Notes under the pieces: generated by a model
Database searches by the model: none
What the model was told of the DNA's origin: nothing
The model's input: only the letters and a program-made list of their open reading frames with translations
Part shown: positions 25,465 to 34,201 of the stretch, piece after piece
Numbering within the stretch: position 1 is the first letter of the stretch
How the letters are laid out: each line of letters opens with the position of its first letter
Program-made: the position numbers and the translations under genes
IMG/VR virus record: IMGVR_UViG_3300035093_000002
Coordinates: 1 to 38,339 of that record
DNA: 38,339 nucleotides
DNA from: a virus
Taxonomy: Duplodnaviria; Caudoviricetes
Direction: 5' to 3' (one strand)

Positions 25465-25591
25465 CGGGCACTGGGAGCCCTCCGTTTCGTTTCGCTGTTC
25501 GATGCCCTCATCGTCGCAGACCGGCCGTGACAACAGCCTGTCGTGGCGGTGTGGACGGCCCACGAAGTTGTCCACGAGATTCGAGGTACAG

Positions 25592-25975
25592 ATGAAGCGT
25601 CTACTGCTGGTCGCGCTGATGGTCATGGCTTGCGGCGGCAACGTGGCCGCGCAGGATATCCCTCCAGCAGGCGGCATCTGGTTCGGAAAGTCCTTCGACC
25701 CGACCACGTTCGTCCTGACGGGCAAGCACTCGTCGGTCGGGACACAGGAGCCGTCCGCGTTCGTGGCACACCTGACCAAGAGCATCGAAGGAACGGTCAC
25801 GGTGCGCGCCTCCCTCGACGGAACGTTCGTTGGGGCGACCGATGTCCCCCTGACAGGATCGGGGCAAGTGATGGGCCTGACGTTGGGTGCGCTGGTCACG
25901 CCGGGGCAGTGGACGTACGACGTCGTGGACGTCGGCGGGAACGTATTGGCGTCGGGGACGGTGACAGCGCAGTAA
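25592..25975 (+). CDS. Lipoprotein co-oriented with the repressor (superinfection exclusion candidate)
   Basis: MKRLLLVALMVMA-C lipobox-like signal; GAGG RBS. Confidence 0.72.
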   Translation: MKRLLLVALMVMACGGNVAAQDIPPAGGIWFGKSFDPTTFVLTGKHSSVGTQEPSAFVAHLTKSIEGTVTVRASLDGTFVGATDVPLTGSGQVMGLTLGALVTPGQWTYDVVDVGGNVLASGTVTAQ

Positions 25976-25978
25976 ACC

Positions 25979-26012
25979 AAAAGAACGCCCCGCCCTTGGT
26001 AGGACGGAGCGT
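25979..26012 (-). terminator. Intrinsic terminator ending the late tail operon
   Basis: ACGCTCCGTCCT-ACCA-AGGGCGGGGCGT 12-bp stem followed by TCTTTT; lies between convergent genes. Confidence 0.75.
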
Positions 26013-26030
26013 GGTTCGGCGCGGGTGAGG

Positions 26031-26387
26031 CTAGGACCGAAGCATGGCCTTGAGGATGCGAGATTGCGCCTTCACCGCAAGCACCGTCTGGGCGAGCGTC
26101 GGACTAGGAAGATTCTGGTACGTCTGAAGTCCGGCGATGTCCGGCTCGAGGACTTCCCACTCAGCAGGGGTGATGCGGAGGATGCCGGTCAAGGTGACGA
26201 GGCGTTGCAGGACCGTCCCCTCTGGAGCGGTCAGGTTCGGCGTGAACGTGATCGTGCGCGGGCTGGCGTCCCAGTCGATGACCCCTTCGCGGACGTAGGT
26301 CTTGGCGAGTAGGTAGACGCGATGGACGAAGTGTTCCTGCTCGGATACGTCGAGCCCAGGCGGCGGGGTGATGACGTGCGTACTCAT
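26031..26387 (-). CDS. Tail-fibre-associated small protein
   Basis: Last gene of the tail module; ATGA-coupled. Confidence 0.6.
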   Translation of the reverse strand: MSTHVITPPPGLDVSEQEHFVHRVYLLAKTYVREGVIDWDASPRTITFTPNLTAPEGTVLQRLVTLTGILRITPAEWEVLEPDIAGLQTYQNLPSPTLAQTVLAVKAQSRILKAMLRS

Positions 26388-27202
26388 CCGACCTTGTACA
26401 TCCAGAAGTTACGCCCGCGGGCGTTCGCCGCGACATTCAGGGCACCGCCCGTGTTCTGGTATACCATGAACTCGATGTATTCGGCTTGCGCCAAGGCATA
26501 CAGGGACGACACGACTTGCCCCGTATCGGCGCTTGGGTTCGCACCGATGCGCGACTGCGCGATCTCCGTCGAACCGTTGACGCGGATCGTGAAGTAGCGT
26601 TCCCCTGCACCGTTCGAAGCCCAGTCGACCGACCCGCCCATCGCGTAGTAGCCGCCGAGCCCGGTCGGTACCGTCAATCGGGTGTTGTTGGTCGAGTTGT
26701 CGTGGAAGGCGTTGGTGTCAAAGTCTTCCTGGTCGAACTGGACGGCATCGACCGACCCGCTGTTGACGCTCTGCGTCGTGGAACGATTGACACGGACCCC
26801 GGCGAATGTCCCGCCGCCGCCGATGGTGATGGTGGTCGTGGCGCCAGCACCCGAAGCGACGACCCCGGCCCCGACGAAGTCCAGGATCGTGACGCCCGTA
26901 GATAGGGTCGAACCCTCGTCCTTGGTGGTCAGTGAACCGCTGGTCGAGTGGATGGTGAGGGTGTTCGAGCCGGTCGACAGGCTGACATTCGACCCGGCCG
27001 CGAAGTTGACGAATGGCCCGAGGAGCGTATTCGCGTTCGAGCCGTTGGCCGTGATCGTGGCGACGTTCGGCCCGTAATAGACCCCGTTCGAGCCGTTGGA
27101 AGTCGGGACCTGACCCGCCCCGCCGCCACTGGGTATCTGCGACGTGAAGCCCATGCCGGACGTGAGCAGCGGGATGTCAGCGCCCAGACGAGTGACGGTC
27201 AT
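26384..27202 (-). CDS. Tail fibre / receptor-binding protein with C1q/TNF-like C-terminal domain
   Basis: Start MTVTRLG; VKDEG-like LDFVGAGV segment; VQFDQEDFDT...TRLTVP..GYY...YIEFMVYQ. Confidence 0.7.
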   Translation of the reverse strand: MTVTRLGADIPLLTSGMGFTSQIPSGGGAGQVPTSNGSNGVYYGPNVATITANGSNANTLLGPFVNFAAGSNVSLSTGSNTLTIHSTSGSLTTKDEGSTLSTGVTILDFVGAGVVASGAGATTTITIGGGGTFAGVRVNRSTTQSVNSGSVDAVQFDQEDFDTNAFHDNSTNNTRLTVPTGLGGYYAMGGSVDWASNGAGERYFTIRVNGSTEIAQSRIGANPSADTGQVVSSLYALAQAEYIEFMVYQNTGGALNVAANARGRNFWMYKVG

Positions 27203-29043
27203 GGCGGCGACGACAGGGTGACGTGGATCTCCCCAACAGTGGATACGCTGGAGAAGGCGCTCTGGCTGATCGAGAACGCTCCGGTCGTCGGCAGCAGGAT
27301 GCCGCCGTATCCCCGGCCGAACAGGTTGTAGTCTCCAGGTGAAGCGCCGCCGCAACTGATGGTCCCGCCGACCGTCAGCACGCCTGTCCCTTGGCGGTAG
27401 CCGATCCACATCCGCGGCTGGGCAGTGTCCGCAGTCACAGTGCACGTCCCGCCTGTCTGGTTTAAGGCGTTGGCGTCGATGACGTTCGTGCCCTGTGTCG
27501 TGACGATGATGGTGACCTGTCCGTACGCGACCTTTTGGAGTCCGAACCCCCCGAAGAAGATGGAGTCGGCCCCAGCCGATGCGCTCGAGACCAGCGACGA
27601 CACCCCGACGCTGTTGGTGATGTTGTCCGTCCCGGACGAACTGGACGCTCCTGCGACGGTGACGCCCGAGACCTGGTAGACCCATGCCGCGTTGTTGGTG
27701 AACGCGAAGTCGTCGTATTCAAGGACCGTGGCGGATTCACCCGGTACCACCGCCCGGTACCAGATGCCCCACGATCCCGCCGCGCCGGGTCCGGGGAACT
27801 GCGCCGCGTTGAAGTAGTCGCCGATCCAGAATGCCTTCGTCCACGGGTTGGTCGAGAGGTCCGTGGGTGGGCTGGCATGGGTGGCACCGACCGCGATGAC
27901 CGCGATGAGCACATCACCCACCACGACCGGGTCACCGCCGCGACCCGCTTCCCCGGTTATGAAGTAGGTGAGCTCCGAATCCTGCTTCACGTTCCGGTTC
28001 AGGACGCGCATCGACACGAAGTCTTCGTAGCCCGGAAGGTGCGTCGCCTTGATCGGGACCAGCATCCCCTGACGGAGGTCGTTGACCTGTGCCGCCGGGA
28101 CCTGGAACCCGAACGAGATGACGTCTTCCTCGGTGCTGATGTCGGCGAGGTAGCGGGTCGCGCGGGCGGTGGCTTTGGCGTTGGTCTTGACGTTCTCGGC
28201 TGGCGAGATGGCATCCCGACGCGCGAAGGCGAGCGCGATCGCGTTGTCCTGGACGTACGATGACCCGCCGTCGTACGGCATGTACACGCCCGAGTAGACC
28301 CGTGACGGGTCCCGCTTGAGGCTGGTGGTCTCATTGCTCAAGGCGAACGTCGTGACCGTATCGACTTCGGAAAGTTCGTTCGATAGCCGGATCGTGGAGG
28401 CGTATTCGCTCCGGTTCCGGAAGCCGTACCACAGGCTGAACTGGCCCCACGGATACGTCGGGCTGGACGTGTCCCCGAAGTAGGTCAGCCAGTAGTCCTT
28501 CCCTGACGATTGGGCGCAGTCATCGAGGATGCTCTTGAACATCTGGCCGCGATAGTCGACGGCGTCCATGTTCACCGGATTGGCCGTGAACAGGTAGCGG
28601 GTGTCCGCGATGAGGTGGCCTTCGTTGGTCGCCTCGAGCCACTGGACCCGCTGCACGTCCGTCTCGGCGGGTCGGTTCGCGTCTGAGCCGGTCATCACCC
28701 GCCGCTCGAGGACGGTGTTGATGTCGACGAGCTGCACTTCCCACTGTCGGCCGACGCCGTTCCGGTACGGTCCTCGGATGATCTTCCGCTCGGCGGTGTA
28801 GCCGACGTACACGAACTCGTCGTCACCGGTGATGGAGGTTTCCTGCACCGCGAAGATGCGATGCCCGACGATGTCCAGGTTCCCGTTCGGGTCGTCGATG
28901 AGGACCGTTGAGGTAGCGACCGACCCTTCCTCGGCGTTCTGGGTGACATCGAGGGTGTAGATGCGGACCCGGTCGTAGTCGAGTTCGATAGGATCGGGGA
29001 CCGAGCCTTCACCGGGGACTCGGTACAGGTAGATGGCGGCCAC
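27199..29043 (-). CDS. Minor tail / tail-tip protein
   Basis: Directly after the tape measure gene; hub-like N-terminus with beta-rich C-terminal extension. Confidence 0.65.
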   Translation of the reverse strand: MAAIYLYRVPGEGSVPDPIELDYDRVRIYTLDVTQNAEEGSVATSTVLIDDPNGNLDIVGHRIFAVQETSITGDDEFVYVGYTAERKIIRGPYRNGVGRQWEVQLVDINTVLERRVMTGSDANRPAETDVQRVQWLEATNEGHLIADTRYLFTANPVNMDAVDYRGQMFKSILDDCAQSSGKDYWLTYFGDTSSPTYPWGQFSLWYGFRNRSEYASTIRLSNELSEVDTVTTFALSNETTSLKRDPSRVYSGVYMPYDGGSSYVQDNAIALAFARRDAISPAENVKTNAKATARATRYLADISTEEDVISFGFQVPAAQVNDLRQGMLVPIKATHLPGYEDFVSMRVLNRNVKQDSELTYFITGEAGRGGDPVVVGDVLIAVIAVGATHASPPTDLSTNPWTKAFWIGDYFNAAQFPGPGAAGSWGIWYRAVVPGESATVLEYDDFAFTNNAAWVYQVSGVTVAGASSSSGTDNITNSVGVSSLVSSASAGADSIFFGGFGLQKVAYGQVTIIVTTQGTNVIDANALNQTGGTCTVTADTAQPRMWIGYRQGTGVLTVGGTISCGGASPGDYNLFGRGYGGILLPTTGAFSISQSAFSSVSTVGEIHVTLSSPP

Positions 29044-30900
29044 TTAGTTCGCGCCTTGCCGGATGTTCCGTGACGCCAGCGGGTTCCCGTACCTCTTGGT
29101 GACTTCGGTGACCCTCGTGATGCTGGTCGATGAGACGTTGACCGTGATGATGGGCCGCGAAGCTCGGACGGCCGCGGCCACGGTGGCCGCCCCGCTAGTC
29201 GTGGCCGTGATGCCCTGCGCTCCGAAAGCAGCACCCCTGGCCGCTTCACGCCTTGTCTCTCGTTCGGCGTTCGTGGTCCCGACCAGCTCGGTAGCGAGCC
29301 TGGACTTCATCGACTCGATGCCGGTCTGGACCTTGGCGTTGGCGGCGACGACCTGAGCAAGTCCGCGCTTGGCCGCCTGCTCGACCTGAAGGGTGGCCCG
29401 ACTTTCAGTCTTCGATGCATTCGTGATGGCGTTCAGCGGCTTGTTGTTCGAGTCGGGGATACCCCGTGCGGACGCGGTAGCTGCCCGTCCAGCGTTTGCC
29501 CGACCGCGAGCACCGGAACCAACAGGGTCGATCAATCCCTGTACGAGGCTGGCCCCGACTGCCACCGTCCCAGCCGCAAGGACTACCGTGCCTGCGGTCA
29601 GTGCAAGACCGGCACCACCGAGCGCACCACCGATCCCTCCGGGGATGCCGCCCTTGCCACCGGGCAGTCCACCTCCAGCGACGTTGACGACCCCGCCCGT
29701 CACGTTGACCAGCGGGGTCTTGATGAACGACTTGGCAATGGCCTCGGCGATGCCGCCGAAGACGTTGGTGATAAGGCCACCTGTCAGCTTGTTGACCGCG
29801 AACCCACCGACGAGCAGTTTCTGGATGTCGGGTGGCAATGACGTGAAGGTCTTGACCAAGGTCCCGACCACGTCAGCGATTGGTCCAGCGATGGCCTTGA
29901 TCGCATTGAAGCCTTCTTTGAGCGCTCCGATACCGGCCTTGATGTTGCCCGGACTGAACAGCTTGCCGATCTGCTGACCCAGCTTCTCGGTCGACTTGAT
30001 AACGGACTCGTCACGAAGAAGTGTGTTGAGCGCGTCTGCGATGTTGGATACGGCAGGGAGCAAGGCAACGGCAAGGCTCTTCTGAAGGTCCTCGATCGCA
30101 TCGCCGAACTTCGCGACCTTGCCCGCCGTGGTCGCACCGCCTGCCAGAAAGGACCCCCCGAACTCGGTGTTGAGTTCCTTGAGGATGATCTTCTGAGCCT
30201 TCTGGATGGAGACCTGTCTCAGGCTTTCCTTGTATCGCTTGGCCGCGCCCTTGTCCGTCCTTCGAAGGGCTGTGTAGTGGTCCCGCTCCTCCTTGGTCAG
30301 CTCAAACTGCGCGGCGATCTGATCCTTCAGTGCTTCCGTAACATTTACGCCGGACTTCTTCAGTGCCGTCAGACCACCGATCGGGTCTTGGAGGGCCTTG
30401 CCGATTTGCAGGATCGACGGTTGCAGGTCCTTCTTCAGTGCCGTCGACATATCGAGGGCGGCCAAAAGGGCCGGCTCAAATGCTTCCTTACGAATCTCGG
30501 TGAACGTCAGAAGAACGTTTGCACCCGACTGGATGACCTTGTCGTCGATGGTGGCGTTAAGACCTTCGAGCTTCTCGGAGAGGTTGCGGATGCTCGCGGC
30601 AGTCTGACCAGCAGCGCCCTTGGTCGACTTGATGACGGCGTTGGTTTGGGCCGTGGCCGATTCCAGCTGGATGAGCTGGTCAAGCCCGAAGGCGACTTGG
30701 GTGGCAAGGAGGCCAACACCGGCAGCTGCCAGTTTCCCGGCGTTCTTGATGCCGATCCCGATCTGCGCGCCCGCCTTGTACGCGCGCGAGGAACCCTTCT
30801 CCAGCTTGCCCAGCCCAGCCGTGGCCTTGCCTATCTGGGACGTGAAGTTACCGCCGAGACTCAGCTTGACGACTAGGTTGGCGGTCTCGGCTAAAGCCAC
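29044..30900 (-). CDS. Tape measure protein (618 aa)
   Basis: Ala/Gly/Lys-rich helical protein; IGKALQDPIGGLTALKKSGV motif; follows the chaperones. Confidence 0.88.
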   Translation of the reverse strand: MALAETANLVVKLSLGGNFTSQIGKATAGLGKLEKGSSRAYKAGAQIGIGIKNAGKLAAAGVGLLATQVAFGLDQLIQLESATAQTNAVIKSTKGAAGQTAASIRNLSEKLEGLNATIDDKVIQSGANVLLTFTEIRKEAFEPALLAALDMSTALKKDLQPSILQIGKALQDPIGGLTALKKSGVNVTEALKDQIAAQFELTKEERDHYTALRRTDKGAAKRYKESLRQVSIQKAQKIILKELNTEFGGSFLAGGATTAGKVAKFGDAIEDLQKSLAVALLPAVSNIADALNTLLRDESVIKSTEKLGQQIGKLFSPGNIKAGIGALKEGFNAIKAIAGPIADVVGTLVKTFTSLPPDIQKLLVGGFAVNKLTGGLITNVFGGIAEAIAKSFIKTPLVNVTGGVVNVAGGGLPGGKGGIPGGIGGALGGAGLALTAGTVVLAAGTVAVGASLVQGLIDPVGSGARGRANAGRAATASARGIPDSNNKPLNAITNASKTESRATLQVEQAAKRGLAQVVAANAKVQTGIESMKSRLATELVGTTNAERETRREAARGAAFGAQGITATTSGAATVAAAVRASRPIITVNVSSTSITRVTEVTKRYGNPLASRNIRQGAN

Positions 30901-30903
30901 GGT

Positions 30904-31176
30904 CTAACCTCTAGGCGCTAGTCGGGCAGCTCGGGTGAACTCGTCCGCCTCGTCCTTCTGGGATTGGCGGATGAGGGCTCCGAAGCGTTCTTCCGTGAGT
31001 AGTTGGCGGGCGGCCATCCACTCCGGGTAGGTCATCCGGGAGGAGGCGCCTTGGCCGTAGTGGCGGTCGACGAGGGCTTGCGCGGCTTGCGGGTCGAAGT
31101 CGTCCGCGGAGAGGTCGCCCCTCGGCCATTCGAGGTCGACCCACGCTGCGAAAGCGCCTCCAACCCTTGGGCTAAA
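30904..31176 (-). CDS. -1 frame extension of the tail assembly chaperone (gpGT-like)
   Basis: Frame open from slippery C CCT TTA (31173-31179) to TAG at 30904, 3 nt before the TMP start. Confidence 0.75.
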   Translation of the reverse strand, partial: FSPRVGGAFAAWVDLEWPRGDLSADDFDPQAAQALVDRHYGQGASSRMTYPEWMAARQLLTEERFGALIRQSQKDEADEFTRAARLAPRG

Positions 31177-31538
31177 GGGGTGATAACGCTGTCCACGTAC
31201 AGGTCGTCTGCCTTGTCCGCGACCAGCCGTCCCCCCTTCCCGTACGGCAGGGCTCGGACGACGTTCTCGTGCGTGACGGGGATCGGTGAACCGTCGTCAT
31301 CGAGGAAGGTCCACTCGGCAACGCCGACCTCCAGCCACAACCCCGCGATCTTCTCCTGGAGCGTCGGTGAATCGAGTTCGCCGGTCATGGCATCCACGAA
31401 CCACGCGCGGGCGCGGATACCGGCCGGGACGGACAGGTCCGGGTATAGATAGACCACGTCCCCGTCTTCGTGGGGCTTGCCCTCACATGGGCAGTACCCC
31501 AGCGGGACGGGGACGAGGTCGTTATCGAGTGCGCTCAT
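31032..31538 (-). CDS. Tail assembly chaperone (gpG-like)
   Basis: Between tail tube and TMP; WTFLDDDGSPIPVT motif. Confidence 0.75.
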   Translation of the reverse strand: MSALDNDLVPVPLGYCPCEGKPHEDGDVVYLYPDLSVPAGIRARAWFVDAMTGELDSPTLQEKIAGLWLEVGVAEWTFLDDDGSPIPVTHENVVRALPYGKGGRLVADKADDLYVDSVITPLAQGLEALSQRGSTSNGRGATSPRTTSTRKPRKPSSTATTAKAPPPG

Positions 31539-31558
31539 GTGCCCTCCGAAGTGCTAGA

Positions 31559-32569
31559 TCAAAGCGCCGTCAATGTGTTGACGACGGCCGCCCTGATCGC
31601 GTAGCCGAGGTCGCTGTCGTAGTAGCCGCGGTAAACGAGGGTGATGGTGGTGTTGCCTCCGATCTCGCCGTCCGCCCTCGAGATGAGGCGCGCCGGGACC
31701 CGGATGGACTGCGAGTAGGGGATGACGCCGGTGATGATCTCCGGGCTCGTGGTCCGAAGCTCGATGAACCGATTGGGGACCGGAGTGTCGTCAAGGGTGC
31801 AGGCTTCCGCGACCGACTGGGTCGTCTTGGCGAGGACGAGGGTGACCGTGATCTCTCGTGCCCCGCGTCCGTAGCCTGCGAGCTCGAAGCGGCTGTTGGA
31901 GCCGTTGGCGAACCGCTTCTGATCGAGGTTGTTGGAGATGTTGAGCGTCGCGCCGTGGATGGTATCGGTCAGCTTGGTCGTCCCGATGGCCCCGAACGTG
32001 GTGTCGAGGAACACTTCGGTGTCAGCGCCGTAGACCCAGTTCGGGGTCGAGTCGATGGTCAACCCACCGGTGAAGCCCTGGCACAACTGCGCGCGGGCGT
32101 AGATGAGGTCCGCGTTCACGTCGAAGGCCGACAGGTCGTCGCCGAAACCGATTTCCAGCGAGTCGATGGTCCCGCCGCCGCCCACGATGACGTCGGTGGA
32201 GTAGTCGTCGCCCCACTGGTCGGTGACCAGTCCGAATGTGTCCGCTGTCAGGGATGCGGCCTGCCAGACCCACGCCTTGGCCGTCGCCCCGGTCGGGGTG
32301 ACGCCGCCCTTGATGGTGCCGTTCCAGATGTACGGCGCGTCATCGAAGGCGAGCTTGCCCTCCCAGTTGCCCGAGACTTCGGCAGCGCCCGCGAACGGGG
32401 CGAGGATGGGGTCGAGCGACCCGACATCCACATCCGGGTCGGTCCGCTGGGGGTCGTAGACGATGGCTCCCCGATAGGGGAGGATGCGCGTCGCCACCGA
32501 GTTCGACGCGAGTGAGGTCTGCGGCCCCACCTGATGCTTCCGGAACCGTGTGAAACCCGCGATGGGCAT
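31559..32569 (-). CDS. Major tail (tube) protein
   Basis: Position, size, strong GAAGGAG RBS, TLNISNNL...GRGAREI pattern. Confidence 0.8.
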   Translation of the reverse strand: MPIAGFTRFRKHQVGPQTSLASNSVATRILPYRGAIVYDPQRTDPDVDVGSLDPILAPFAGAAEVSGNWEGKLAFDDAPYIWNGTIKGGVTPTGATAKAWVWQAASLTADTFGLVTDQWGDDYSTDVIVGGGGTIDSLEIGFGDDLSAFDVNADLIYARAQLCQGFTGGLTIDSTPNWVYGADTEVFLDTTFGAIGTTKLTDTIHGATLNISNNLDQKRFANGSNSRFELAGYGRGAREITVTLVLAKTTQSVAEACTLDDTPVPNRFIELRTTSPEIITGVIPYSQSIRVPARLISRADGEIGGNTTITLVYRGYYDSDLGYAIRAAVVNTLTAL

Positions 32570-32600
32570 GGCTGGTCACTCCTTCGCCCCTGCGGGCAAC

Positions 32601-32623
32601 AAAAAACCCGCCGTCTGGCGGGT
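32601..32623 (-). terminator. Intrinsic terminator directly upstream of the major tail gene
   Basis: ACCCGCC-AGAC-GGCGGGT followed by TTTTT. Confidence 0.75.
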
Positions 32624-32647
32624 CATTGGCCTAGAAAAACGGGGTCG

Positions 32648-33079
32648 CTAGGTGCGGCCCTCTAGTGCGATCGTGTTGAACGCCACGACCGCGGCCGGGT
32701 AAGGAGTGCCCTCTGCGTCCACCTCGATGTCTTCAACGCCCACCGGCAACACGACTGTCTGGTTGCTGATGGCGTGCGGAAGTCCGTTGGCGTATGTGAT
32801 GAAGGCGTCCACGAGGAGGTCCATCGCGTCGGCCGTCTCGGAGGCCGGTTCGGACTGCCGCATCACGAACACGATGCTCGGCGTCATGGTCCGCTGCGAC
32901 AGGGAGCCTCCGGTGTGGGCGATGCTTTCCGGCATCGAACCGACATAGCCCGTGGTCTTGTCCGTGAACGACCCCGGACGACGCCGGTAGATGTGGATGA
33001 GCATCGTTGGGTTAGCGGTCTGGAAGCCCGTCAGAAGGCCGTACAGCCCGTCCCTGGTGTCCTTGCGGAAAGTGGTCAT
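32648..33079 (-). CDS. Tail terminator/completion-like protein
   Basis: Size and synteny before the tail tube gene. Confidence 0.55.
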   Translation of the reverse strand: MTTFRKDTRDGLYGLLTGFQTANPTMLIHIYRRRPGSFTDKTTGYVGSMPESIAHTGGSLSQRTMTPSIVFVMRQSEPASETADAMDLLVDAFITYANGLPHAISNQTVVLPVGVEDIEVDAEGTPYPAAVVAFNTIALEGRT

Positions 33080-33558
33080 GCCGCATCGTTCCAGAGCTTC
33101 ACGACCGCATCACCGACGCCCGACTTGTGGATGGCTGCCTTGGCTCCGGGCACGAGATACGGGGTCGCCTTGCGTCCAGCCACCGACTGCGCGAAGCGTC
33201 GTGAAGAGCCCGGACCCCTGCCGGTCAACCGCGAACCGCCGCCGGTCCACGACAGGACCTTGGCGCGACGCGGCACGATCCGGCGCTTGCGCGGTCCGTA
33301 CAGCCCGGTCCCTTCCTCGACGTAACGGGCGTATCCCACGCCCAGCGAACCGCCGGCGACGATGGTGGCCGACTTGTCCGATACCGCCCCGACCCGGATG
33401 GACCGCTCGAGCTTGGCCGTCTTGGTGAAGTCGGCACGGGCGATGTGCTTGGCTTCGCGGACCGCGATGAGCGCGACCTGTCCGAGCAGCACCTTCTGAT
33501 CCGAGATGGCACGCAGCCTGCGGCGTAGTTCCTCGTCGCCTTGGAGGTTGTCAGCCAA
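33076..33558 (-). CDS. HK97 gp10-like neck protein
   Basis: GDEELRRRL, TAKLERSI, YARYVEEGT, PYLVPG. Confidence 0.8.
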   Translation of the reverse strand: MADNLQGDEELRRRLRAISDQKVLLGQVALIAVREAKHIARADFTKTAKLERSIRVGAVSDKSATIVAGGSLGVGYARYVEEGTGLYGPRKRRIVPRRAKVLSWTGGGSRLTGRGPGSSRRFAQSVAGRKATPYLVPGAKAAIHKSGVGDAVVKLWNDAA

Positions 33559-34201
33559 CGGACACCGCCTGATCCTGCGGCAGCTTCCAGCCGTCGATGA
33601 GTTCCTTGACCTCGGGCGGCATCTGGCCGTAGTCGAGGATGCCGCCCTCAGGTGTCATCGAGACGTTGGCGAGAAGGGAGTCAGGGCGCTTGTACTCGTA
33701 CCCCGCAAGGGTCAAGGTGGCGAGCTTCCACTGTGCCGGGACGGAGGTCCAGCCCCACAGCCCGGTGATGACGACGTCGTTGGGCATGGACGACAGCGAG
33801 CCGTAGCGGTACCACTGCTGGTCCAGGTTCCTGTCGAACCATTCTGGATTGCTGCGGTAGTCGTACAGGTTGTACTGATGCAACTGGACACCCGTGAAGA
33901 TGTCAGCCGCCTGCGGTGAAGGAAGCAGCCAGAAGGTCGAGTCGGCGGTCAGGGTCGTCCCTTGCCGGGTCACGGTCGAAGCCGTGCGGAGGTCCGGGAT
34001 CGTGATGCTCGCGCGCCCGTGCGAGGTGAAGGTACGGACCGTGTTCGAGGCTGACGCGGTGATGATCCTGCCCGTCGCACGCTCGAGGAAGTCCGACGAC
34101 GCCTGGATGAGAAGGTCGAGGTTCGCGTCCGCCGCGCGACCTGTGGTCCCGGTGATGTCGACGAACGTACGCAGCTCGGCTGCCGTCACGAACTGGCTCA
34201 T
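33551..34201 (-). CDS. Head-tail adaptor (gp6/gp15-like)
   Basis: FVTAAELR...LIQASSDFLERATGR...VVITGLWGW..VP...PPEVKELI. Confidence 0.8.
   Translation of the reverse strand: MSQFVTAAELRTFVDITGTTGRAADANLDLLIQASSDFLERATGRIITASASNTVRTFTSHGRASITIPDLRTASTVTRQGTTLTADSTFWLLPSPQAADIFTGVQLHQYNLYDYRSNPEWFDRNLDQQWYRYGSLSSMPNDVVITGLWGWTSVPAQWKLATLTLAGYEYKRPDSLLANVSMTPEGGILDYGQMPPEVKELIDGWKLPQDQAVSVG

Noticed and set aside
25550-25576. DnaA-box-like ttgtccacg / tgtggac pair
   Set aside because: Imperfect, only two copies, and explained by a small hairpin
31286-32515. 409-aa plus-strand ORF
   Set aside because: Antisense shadow of the major tail gene
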